A stretch of DNA of 64,000 bases from a virus (taxonomy: Duplodnaviria; Caudoviricetes): the IMG/VR virus record IMGVR_UViG_3300032312_001422, positions 1 to 64,000 of that record, one strand, 5' to 3'. Positions 38,896 to 46,799 of this stretch are shown in pieces. How positions within the stretch are numbered: position 1 is the stretch's first letter; the number at the start of each line of letters is the position of its first letter. The notes beneath the pieces are model-generated. The model saw nothing but the letters and a program-made list of their open reading frames with translations. It had not been told where the DNA came from and made no database searches. A program made the translations under genes and the position numbers.

Positions 38896-39982
38896 TTCTA
38901 GTTATGCATACGGTATTTACGAAACTGGATCAAAGCAGTATTTAAATAAAACAGATGCGTTGATAGAAGCAACACGCACTGGACAAGATGTGCATTGGAA
39001 TTTTCATGACAAAACATATGGTTCTATAGATTGGACAAAACGTCCAACCGGCACATTAAAAGAATTATATCAAAAAAGAGCACAACAAATACGTGACAAA
39101 TACGATTACATTGTTGTGCATTTCTCTGGCGGTGCAGACTCCTGGACTGTGTTAAATAGCTTTTTATCAAACGGTCTTCATGTCGATGAAGTGTTTAGCA
39201 GGTGGGCAAATTCAGCTGAACAAAAATATAAAACAGCAAATAATTTAGATCATCGAGAAAGTAATCTTTTTAGCGAGTACGACTTTGCTGCATATCCAGT
39301 ATTAAAAGAAATTGAAAAAAAATATCCAAAAACATATATTCATATTGATGATTACTCAACCGAGTATGAACACGATGTTGATGACAACAATCTTAGACAC
39401 GGCGGGCATTACCTGACCTTGGGAACCTTTTATAGATTTAGTCGTAAAAGCCCAGCAGAAGTTGCTGCCGCAGAATCCGGGAAACGTATAGCAGTTGTAT
39501 ACGGGTTTGACAAAATACAGTATTGTACAGAAAACAATAATATGTACGCATATTTTGTAGATAGATTTGGCGGAACTGATCAAGACCCTGCAAGACATGT
39601 TGAAGCATTTTACTGGAGTCCCGATCTTCCTGAGATTCCAGTTATGCAAGCCCACGATATGAAACGTTATTATGAAAAAAATCCTTTACTAACAGACGAG
39701 CTAGACAATTTTAATAGAAAAAGTTATGTTCATGTGTGTTATCCTGATTACAATCTTGATACTTTTCAAGTAGGAAAACCCATTGGTGCAGAAATATGGC
39801 AAAGCGAAATGTGGATACGACAACACAATCCTAGATACGTTGACTCTTGGCAATGGGCAATCAATCAATATATACACAACGTTGACGCAAGATTTTGTGA
39901 ATTTTTCAACAATAAACTCAGGCTCGGGTACAAAATGAACACTAGCAATATGTACTGCTTGGGTCCTATACTTCCGTTTTAA
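38876..39982 (+). CDS. PP-loop (adenine nucleotide alpha hydrolase-like) protein
   Basis: HFSGGADS motif. Confidence 0.6.
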   Translation: MQQIIPNSSYAYGIYETGSKQYLNKTDALIEATRTGQDVHWNFHDKTYGSIDWTKRPTGTLKELYQKRAQQIRDKYDYIVVHFSGGADSWTVLNSFLSNGLHVDEVFSRWANSAEQKYKTANNLDHRESNLFSEYDFAAYPVLKEIEKKYPKTYIHIDDYSTEYEHDVDDNNLRHGGHYLTLGTFYRFSRKSPAEVAAAESGKRIAVVYGFDKIQYCTENNNMYAYFVDRFGGTDQDPARHVEAFYWSPDLPEIPVMQAHDMKRYYEKNPLLTDELDNFNRKSYVHVCYPDYNLDTFQVGKPIGAEIWQSEMWIRQHNPRYVDSWQWAINQYIHNVDARFCEFFNNKLRLGYKMNTSNMYCLGPILPF

Positions 39983-40079
39983 ACCCACTTATAATTTGTT
40001 CTAGATCCTATTAAATACTAATAGGAGCTAAAGTCTAACGACTTTACTACCGATAATAATAATAAAAAGAGGTAGCATT

Positions 40080-40550
40080 ATGGGCATCAAAAAACAGGTT
40101 ATCGCATCCTATGCCAGCGTATCTGTAGCACTGATCATGGTATCTATGTCAACAGCATCCGCTGAGCTGGTACACAACTTTCAAAGTCCGGCCTTTATAC
40201 CAGGCAATGGATTTAGCCAGCACGTTCTTACTATTCATCAGTTAGAAGAAGCCAAGAAAAAAGAGATCAAAGCAGAACAACTTGCTGCCATAGCCAAAGC
40301 AGAAACTGCGGCCAAAAACACCAACTTGGCAAAATTCTTGGTCAACGTAGAAGCACGTATCTACGCACAATTATCCAAACAACTGGCAGATCAAATGTTT
40401 TCCGAAGGTGGCGGCGATAGTGGAACTATGAACTTTCAGGGTAGCACTATCAGTTGGGTTAAAACTGGCACCGATGTAACTTTAACTATTATTGAAGCCA
40501 CGGGTGGCCGAACTGAGATCACTGTACCTATAGCGAGCTTTGCATTTTAA
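40080..40550 (+). CDS. csgF: Curli assembly protein CsgF-like
   Basis: Signal peptide, then ELVHNFQSPAF.PGNG resembling mature CsgF N-terminus; G....G.I...T...V...I......T.I.VP; upstream of csgG. Confidence 0.8.
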   Translation: MGIKKQVIASYASVSVALIMVSMSTASAELVHNFQSPAFIPGNGFSQHVLTIHQLEEAKKKEIKAEQLAAIAKAETAAKNTNLAKFLVNVEARIYAQLSKQLADQMFSEGGGDSGTMNFQGSTISWVKTGTDVTLTIIEATGGRTEITVPIASFAF

Positions 40551-41686
40551 TGAAAAGAATTTTATTATCATTGATTTTATTAACATTGTCTGGCTGTGCC
40601 CATGTTCACATGGAAGCAGGCAAGGAAGACCCAGTGGCTCTACAACCTAGAGAAAGTTTAATCAGTAAAATACCAGAATTGGATGGACCAGCCATTACTA
40701 TTGCTGTCTACGGATTTACAGACAAAACAGGTCAGATGAAGGCCAATGATAGAATAGCAGTATTCAGCAAGGCAGTTACCCAGGGTGCTGAAGTGTTCCT
40801 AATCAAAAGTCTGCAGGACTCAAAGAATTGGTTCAAAGTAGTTGAGCGTGTGGGACTAGATAATCTAATTAAAGAACGTCAGCTAATACGTAACCAACGA
40901 GAAGTTTACGAAGGCAAGGATGCCAGACCACTCAAGCCCATGACAGTGGCAGGAGTGATGATAGAAGGTGGCATCATTGGCTATGACAGCAATATTAGAT
41001 CAGGTGGTAATGGTGCTAGATTTTTAGGTATTGGAGGTAGCCAACAGTATCGCGTAGACGAAATTGTAATTAGCTTAAGATTAATCAGTGTCAATTCGGG
41101 TGAAGTATTGATAACCAATGCTGTAAGCAAGACTATTTTTAGTACACAACACAACGTGGGTGTGCTACGTTTTGTAGACGCAGGCACCAAGGCCTTGGAA
41201 TTAGAAAATGGCATGGCCTTGAATGAGCCTACTACTTATGCGGTACGGGTGGCCATTGAACAGGCAGTTTACGACATGATCGTTGAAGGCGAAAAGAAAG
41301 GCATTTGGAGATATAAGAAAACAGTCCAGGTGCCAGCGAAAGAAGAAGTCAAGGTAGAACCTAAGAAAGAAGTTGTGGTTCAACCGCAACCTAAGGTTTC
41401 TGCTCCTGTGGTAGAAACAACGGTAGAAGAAAAGAAAGCAGAACCTAAAACATTGTTTGGACAAAGTAGATTGAAAGAAGCCGAATTCATTTACAAAGAA
41501 CCAAACGATAAAAGTCAAAAAACTTGGCAGTTCAAGAAAGGCACAGTAGTAAATGTTGTCCAACCTGTAAGCGAGGGTTGGATTCGAGTGGTAGATGTAG
41601 AAGGAAGAGGCGGTTGGATTAAAATGGATGCAGTACAAGAAGTACCACCAGAGAAATCGGGGCTGGGGGACAAAAATAAAAATTAA
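40550..41686 (+). CDS. csgG: Curli secretion channel CsgG fused to a C-terminal SH3-like domain
   Basis: Lipobox LSGC; AVYGFTDKTGQ, AVTQGA, WFKVVER.GLDNLIKERQLIR, EGGIIGYDSN; tail KKGTVVNVV....GWIRV....GRGGWI. Confidence 0.93.
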   Translation: MKRILLSLILLTLSGCAHVHMEAGKEDPVALQPRESLISKIPELDGPAITIAVYGFTDKTGQMKANDRIAVFSKAVTQGAEVFLIKSLQDSKNWFKVVERVGLDNLIKERQLIRNQREVYEGKDARPLKPMTVAGVMIEGGIIGYDSNIRSGGNGARFLGIGGSQQYRVDEIVISLRLISVNSGEVLITNAVSKTIFSTQHNVGVLRFVDAGTKALELENGMALNEPTTYAVRVAIEQAVYDMIVEGEKKGIWRYKKTVQVPAKEEVKVEPKKEVVVQPQPKVSAPVVETTVEEKKAEPKTLFGQSRLKEAEFIYKEPNDKSQKTWQFKKGTVVNVVQPVSEGWIRVVDVEGRGGWIKMDAVQEVPPEKSGLGDKNKN

Positions 41687-41733
41687 AGGTCACTGACCAA
41701 GGAGCAAATTAGGCTAAACCTAATTTAATAAAA

Positions 41734-42390
41734 ATGAAAACAAGTAAGCTAGGTAGAAAATTACTTGCGATACTGATGACATCAGCAATGCTGTCATCGG
41801 GAACGTGGGCTAACGATGTATACATAGAACAGATTGGTGATAACTCATCAGTTTCAATTACACAGACAGGTGCTGGTAACATGGTCAACGGTAACGTGGG
41901 CGGAACTGGCAACGACAATGACACGGCATTGATTCGTGGTGATTTCAACGATGTAACTGTTAATCAAATTGGTGCTGGTAACATTGCCAGTATCATTATT
42001 AACAATGAAAGCAATGGTACTGGCGCCACAGTGGTTGTGTCAGCAGATGGTAGTAGCAATACACAGACCATTGGATGCGGCACAGCATTGAGTTCCAGTT
42101 GTAATGCCAGCGTTATCAGATCAGAAATCACAGGCAACAATAACAACACAGTACAGATGTTGAGTGGTGGTGCTGTACAAAGTAAGATCGCTATCAACGG
42201 TAACTGGAACAATGTAACACATGCCGCAAGTGGTGCGGGTCAACATTCAGGGGAGATCACAGTTTCTGGTAGCGGAACCAACAGTATTGCCAATGCTGTA
42301 ACACTGACACAAAGCGGAGCACTGACCAAGAATGCGATTATTACCAGCAACGGTTCTAATAACAACGTTATCGTTACTCAGTCCGATTAA
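41734..42390 (+). CDS. Curlin-repeat protein (CsgA/CsgB-like)
   Basis: Signal peptide; repeated x-Q-x-G-x-x-N units (EQIGDN, TQTGAGN, NQIGAGN, TQSG). Confidence 0.85.
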   Translation: MKTSKLGRKLLAILMTSAMLSSGTWANDVYIEQIGDNSSVSITQTGAGNMVNGNVGGTGNDNDTALIRGDFNDVTVNQIGAGNIASIIINNESNGTGATVVVSADGSSNTQTIGCGTALSSSCNASVIRSEITGNNNNTVQMLSGGAVQSKIAINGNWNNVTHAASGAGQHSGEITVSGSGTNSIANAVTLTQSGALTKNAIITSNGSNNNVIVTQSD

Positions 42391-43432
42391 CAGCTTTGCT
42401 GCTGTAGGCAAAGTTACTGAACAAACAGGACCAACTGAGATTCTGCGTGACCGGAAGAGTATATCTTCAAGTGTAAACACCGGTGTGGAAATGAACGACA
42501 CAGTCAGTACTGCTCGAGCAAAAGCAGAACTGACTTTTGACGACAAGACCACAGTCAAACTCACAGAACACAGCAAACTGATCATAGATGACTTCGTATA
42601 TGACGCAAAGAAAGGCACTGGTAAATTGGCTCTAAACATGGCCATGGGTACTGCTCGCTATGCCAGCGGACAAATAGCCAAAAACAATCCACAACAGGTA
42701 GCAATAAAAACCCCCACAGCAACCATTGCGGTACGAGGCACTGACTTTTCCATGACAGTGGACGAACTGGGTCGTAGTCTAGTTATACTGTTGCCCAGTT
42801 GTGACAGCAAGGGCTGTGTAACTGGAGCAATTGAAGTTGGCAATTTGGCAGGTGTTGTGTTGCTGGATGTGCCTTATCAAGCCACCTTGGTGTCGTCCCT
42901 GAACACACCGCCAAGCCAACCTGCCATAGTCAAACTGGATCAAGCCAACATCAACAACATGTTGATCATCAGCAAGCCTCAGGAAGTACAAGACGATACT
43001 ACTGCTGGCACTACCAAAAAAGAAAAAAGTATATTGGACTTTAATGCCCTAGACGTTGACCTATTGAAATTTACAAAATTGGATGAAAACAAATTGGACA
43101 ATTTTAGAGAGCTAGATAGAAACGACCTTGATGCTGACCTATTGGCTTACAACGCATTGAATGAATTGGACAGACAGAACGCATCATTACTCGGTGATGA
43201 ATTGGACATACCAGTGTTGCCGGGATATAGTGCTAATAAAACTCTAGGGCTACTGTATTATTTCAACGACGATGCCAGCAAGGTAACCCTATACAAAGCA
43301 GGCACACACAATGCCACTGCCACATTTGACACTACTAAGAATGTTACCTTTACGCTGATACAAAATGGTCAGACCATCATACAGGACGTAAACAAAGGTA
43401 GTACCAGCACATTGACTATCACACAAAACTAA
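42332..43432 (+). CDS. FecR-domain periplasmic protein
   Basis: Signal peptide; D.V.T....A.L.F.D.T.V.L..HS.L.ID.FVYD; IKTPTATIAVRGTDF. Confidence 0.9.
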   Translation: MRLLPATVLITTLSLLSPINSFAAVGKVTEQTGPTEILRDRKSISSSVNTGVEMNDTVSTARAKAELTFDDKTTVKLTEHSKLIIDDFVYDAKKGTGKLALNMAMGTARYASGQIAKNNPQQVAIKTPTATIAVRGTDFSMTVDELGRSLVILLPSCDSKGCVTGAIEVGNLAGVVLLDVPYQATLVSSLNTPPSQPAIVKLDQANINNMLIISKPQEVQDDTTAGTTKKEKSILDFNALDVDLLKFTKLDENKLDNFRELDRNDLDADLLAYNALNELDRQNASLLGDELDIPVLPGYSANKTLGLLYYFNDDASKVTLYKAGTHNATATFDTTKNVTFTLIQNGQTIIQDVNKGSTSTLTITQN

Positions 43433-43435
43433 ATC

Positions 43436-43597
43436 ATGATTCCGTTGAATATACCGCCAATATGTATTGTACCCGAATGCAAACATGGTGCCCAAATACT
43501 TTCCAAACAAGGCGATATCATCAAGTACATGCTAACATGTCGCCACCACTGGTTCGATCTAATACCACAGAATCGACAACAAAAACCCAATAAATAA
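43436..43597 (+). CDS. Small Cys/His protein (53 aa, not in ORF track)
   Basis: CIVPEC...C RHHW pattern; may be a remnant of a Zn-finger/HNH gene. Confidence 0.35.
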   Translation: MIPLNIPPICIVPECKHGAQILSKQGDIIKYMLTCRHHWFDLIPQNRQQKPNK

Positions 43598-43689
43598 TTT
43601 TGTAAGTTTGAGATTTACTGAATACCCAGTACGGGATCAATGATGTATGAGTATCGAGATCAAGAAAAATAATAAAAAGGATCTCGACA

Positions 43690-45741
43690 ATGAAGTTTAA
43701 AAAAATAGTTGTGGCTATAGCAATAGCCTTTGCGACTTCGGCCGCTCTGGCTCAGAACTCTGTATTACAAAACGAATATATTAAAGCAGGTGTCAATGAA
43801 ACAACAGGCACATTGGGTTCTGGTGGCAACACCAGCCCTGGCCTGTTGTACAACAACGCAGGTTCCAGCACCTGGAACACAGCATACGATTACCTAACAC
43901 CTGGAAGTCCTTTTGAAGGCTTTACGGTACGTATTGAGGACTCAGCCGGTACATTAATTAATACATATACAAACAATAACACTGGTATTCGTAACCTAAC
44001 TGGAGCCTGGGTCGGATCACCATCAAGCAGTAGTGCAGTATGGGCCGGCTCTAACTCACAGTTTGCACTACAGCATACTTACAGTTTGCCAAGTGGTCAA
44101 AAGTACATTGATATTGACACACGCATTGAAGCATACATTGCCATGCCTAAGTTATGGTTTGGTCGATTCATTGACCCAGATGCAGTAGCAGCCGCAGGTG
44201 ACAGTTCGGCAACCGACAACGTGCTAGGCTACGGTGCTATCAGTCGTAACAACGTGGTGTTCTCTGAAGCCACAGTGAGTCGTTATGCATTAGGCCTGTA
44301 CTCGGCACAGTCCAACGTCAAAGCCGGTATTGCAGGATGGTCAACAGATCCCAAAGCATACTATGCCAACGGTACAGCAGGCTACGGCACCTATACTGAC
44401 AACACATACGGCAACGGTGACGATACCATTGGCTTAGGTTTTTACATGGGCGGCGTCAGCATTGGAGACATTGTAAACTTCCGTTATGCTTATATCTTTG
44501 GACCAAGTGCGTTTGGTGCAGCCGAATCGGCAGTGGCCGGCGGCGCAGGCGGCGGCACACCTGGTACAGTTCCAGGTGGCGGCACATTAGTAGACGTTGG
44601 GTCAGCAACTGATTCAGCAAGCACAGGTGGTTCAAGTGCACCTACTGTAACAGGTACGACTACAGCAACCATCACAGTTAGTGATGTAACCGCAGTAAAT
44701 ACCGTATTGCCTGTGATTACCGGCAGTATTGCACACCACGTGGCCACAGAAGCCACAGGCAAGCAAACCATTGCTCGTGAAACCACAACCAGTGTAACAA
44801 CACCAATGCGTCGTGATGTTACAACACTTGTAAGAACTACAAGTACCTGGAGTGACGGCACAACAACAACCAGTGATAGTGACGCAACAACAGCAACAAC
44901 ACTAAGCAACAATGTAGATACCAGCATTGCCAACGACAGTTTTTCAGGACGCATTGATCAACAAGCAGTATTGAACACCTTAAACAAAGGTCTTGGTCGC
45001 TCACTGGACATGAACGCTTTCCGTGCAGATGGTATTCGTACAGAAAATGGTCGTATGTACATCAATGGTGGTAGTGCTAAAACTGCTGGTCAAAACGGAT
45101 ACAATGCCACAAGTCGTTTATACGGTGTAGGTGTAGAAGTTAATGTTGATCGTGATTGGGCTGTTGGTGCACAGTTTAACAAAGTCAACACAACATTAAA
45201 TGGGGTTGACAGCACAACCGGTCAGGACAAAACACACTTTGGTTTGTTCAGCGTATTGGATATTGAAGGTGCCAAGTTGGTCAACAATATTGGTTATGCA
45301 CAAAACGATATCAAATCCAATCGTACTATTCGTGGCATTGACTTCAACAACAGTCACTCAACCACAGGCAGTGACTTGTGGACCAGTGTTAGATTGTACA
45401 GTCCAGATTATGCAGGCTTTCGTCCGTTTGTGGGTGGTGCTGTTGGTCGTCAACAAGTTGGTGGTTATACCGAAGCCGGTAGTATTCAAAGTTATCGTGT
45501 AGTAGGCAGTGAAAATACCAGTTATCGTTACGGTGAAGGTGGCCTGCGTTACGAAGCCAAACTAGACGACTTTACAGCAGCAACTGAATTGTCAGCCACA
45601 ACTGATCAGTTTAAAACAGCTGCAGTGAGTTTGGCATATGATGTAAACAAGTACAGCGTAGTTGCTGTTACTGGTCAACGTCAGATCAATCCTACTGTAT
45701 CAACTAACTTGGTTAATTTAACTTTAATGGTTAGATTCTAA
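43690..45741 (+). CDS. Autotransporter-like outer membrane beta-barrel protein
   Basis: Signal peptide, Gly/Thr-rich passenger, amphipathic strands (RPFVGG..G...V.GYTE.GS), C-terminal Phe. Confidence 0.8.
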   Translation: MKFKKIVVAIAIAFATSAALAQNSVLQNEYIKAGVNETTGTLGSGGNTSPGLLYNNAGSSTWNTAYDYLTPGSPFEGFTVRIEDSAGTLINTYTNNNTGIRNLTGAWVGSPSSSSAVWAGSNSQFALQHTYSLPSGQKYIDIDTRIEAYIAMPKLWFGRFIDPDAVAAAGDSSATDNVLGYGAISRNNVVFSEATVSRYALGLYSAQSNVKAGIAGWSTDPKAYYANGTAGYGTYTDNTYGNGDDTIGLGFYMGGVSIGDIVNFRYAYIFGPSAFGAAESAVAGGAGGGTPGTVPGGGTLVDVGSATDSASTGGSSAPTVTGTTTATITVSDVTAVNTVLPVITGSIAHHVATEATGKQTIARETTTSVTTPMRRDVTTLVRTTSTWSDGTTTTSDSDATTATTLSNNVDTSIANDSFSGRIDQQAVLNTLNKGLGRSLDMNAFRADGIRTENGRMYINGGSAKTAGQNGYNATSRLYGVGVEVNVDRDWAVGAQFNKVNTTLNGVDSTTGQDKTHFGLFSVLDIEGAKLVNNIGYAQNDIKSNRTIRGIDFNNSHSTTGSDLWTSVRLYSPDYAGFRPFVGGAVGRQQVGGYTEAGSIQSYRVVGSENTSYRYGEGGLRYEAKLDDFTAATELSATTDQFKTAAVSLAYDVNKYSVVAVTGQRQINPTVSTNLVNLTLMVRF

Positions 45742-45742
45742 G

Positions 45743-45777
45743 ATGTAATACAAATGTAATATTCTAAGACTTAAATA
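45743..45777 (+). promoter_or_regulatory. Pho-box-like site 1 plus TAAATA
   Basis: ATGTAAT-ACAA-ATGTAAT (11-bp direct repeat) matches CTGTCAT-N4-CTGTMAY; TTAAAT follows after 10 nt. Confidence 0.6.
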
Positions 45778-45786
45778 ATCTTAGCG

Positions 45787-45824
45787 GACACAAAGATGGG
45801 GTGTCACTGGAACCCGTAACCAGT
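45787..45824 (+). ncRNA. Candidate two-hairpin RNA with complementary loops
   Basis: GACAC/GTGTC and ACTGG/CCAGT stems; loops contain ATGGG and CCCGT. Confidence 0.35.
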
Positions 45825-45866
45825 AACAATTCTGTAATATCTTTGCAACACCTTGAGCGATAAATA
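45821..45866 (+). promoter_or_regulatory. Pho-box-like array 2 plus TAAATA
   Basis: CAGTAAC-AATT-CTGTAAT-ATCT-TTGCAAC, three half-sites in 11-bp register, directly upstream of the plcP-like ATG. Confidence 0.55.
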
Positions 45867-46663
45867 TGGTTATGACAGCCAAAACTTATCGCTCAATTTT
45901 TATTAGTGACATACACTTTGGCACTAGAGATTGCAAAGCCGAACAACTCAACAACTTTCTCAAACACAACACCTGTGAAACACTTTACCTAGTGGGCGAC
46001 ATCATCGACGCCTGGAAGATTCAACAAAACAAATGGCGATGGAAACAAAGCCACACCAATGCAATCAGACGAATATTAGGACACGCTAAACGTGGTACTC
46101 GAGTGATCTATGTGGCTGGCAACCACGATGAGTTCCTGAGACCACTCATACCTTACGGCATGGGATTTGGACGTGTTGAAATAACAAATCAAACAGAACA
46201 CATCGGGGTAGATGGCAAAACATATTTGGTCACCCACGGAGACCTGTTTGATGGTATTACCAGGTTAGCACCTTGGTTAAGTTTCTTAGGTGATAAACTG
46301 TACGATCTAGTATTGGATTGGAACAGCAGATTCAACTGGATCAGACACAAACTAGGCTTTGGCTACTGGTCGTTAAGCAAGTATCTTAAACATCGTGTTA
46401 AAAAAGCCGCGGACTTTATGTTTCAATTTGAAATTAATCTAGCAACCTACTGCAAGAAGCGTGGCTTTGATGGTGTGATCTGTGGACACATACATCATGC
46501 AGAGATAAAAACTATAGATGGCGTCATATATATGAATGATGGCGACTGGGTAGAATCAATGACTGCCTTGGTTGAGCATCATGACGGTAAGTGGGAAATA
46601 GTAACTTGGACAAAGACACACGACGATGTGGATACTGATACTGTTGGCAGTTCACACCAATAA
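45866..46663 (+). CDS. plcP: PlcP-like phospholipase C (calcineurin-like metallophosphoesterase, often annotated UDP-2,3-diacylglucosamine hydrolase)
   Basis: YRSIFISDIHFG, LVGDIID.W, AGNHDE, THGD.FD, CGHIHH, YMNDGDWVES.TALVE; GNHD rather than the GNRD of canonical LpxH; paired with agt-like GT. Confidence 0.75.
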   Translation: MVMTAKTYRSIFISDIHFGTRDCKAEQLNNFLKHNTCETLYLVGDIIDAWKIQQNKWRWKQSHTNAIRRILGHAKRGTRVIYVAGNHDEFLRPLIPYGMGFGRVEITNQTEHIGVDGKTYLVTHGDLFDGITRLAPWLSFLGDKLYDLVLDWNSRFNWIRHKLGFGYWSLSKYLKHRVKKAADFMFQFEINLATYCKKRGFDGVICGHIHHAEIKTIDGVIYMNDGDWVESMTALVEHHDGKWEIVTWTKTHDDVDTDTVGSSHQ

Positions 46664-46799
46664 CCCGCAAGACATACCCGGACGAGTAACAATTGAGTTT
46701 GCTACCGAATCCGAATGCTTACGAGCCCAAAGCACAGTTCAATACTGGCTCAAGTTTGATAGTTTCAAGGTAAGTACACGATGTCAAAAACAATCTTAA
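46626..46799 (+). CDS. Small exported protein (57 aa, not in ORF track)
   Basis: MWILILLAVH...ECLRA...STRCQKQS; hydrophobic start, two Cys; bridges the plcP and agt ORFs. Confidence 0.55.
   Translation: MWILILLAVHTNNPQDIPGRVTIEFATESECLRAQSTVQYWLKFDSFKVSTRCQKQS

Noticed and set aside
43436-43597. Active homing endonuclease
   Set aside because: Only 53 aa with a Cys/His pattern and no HNH core; at most a remnant.
44490-44954. Long antisense ORFs (also 4333-4704, 12100-12537, 23139-23582, 48021-48566)
   Set aside because: Shadows of well-supported genes produced by codon bias; no SD, promoter or motifs.
45866-46663. Canonical lipid A enzyme LpxH
   Set aside because: Has GNHD instead of GNRD, no lpx neighbours, and is paired with an Agt-like GT and Pho boxes; PlcP is preferred pending phylogeny.
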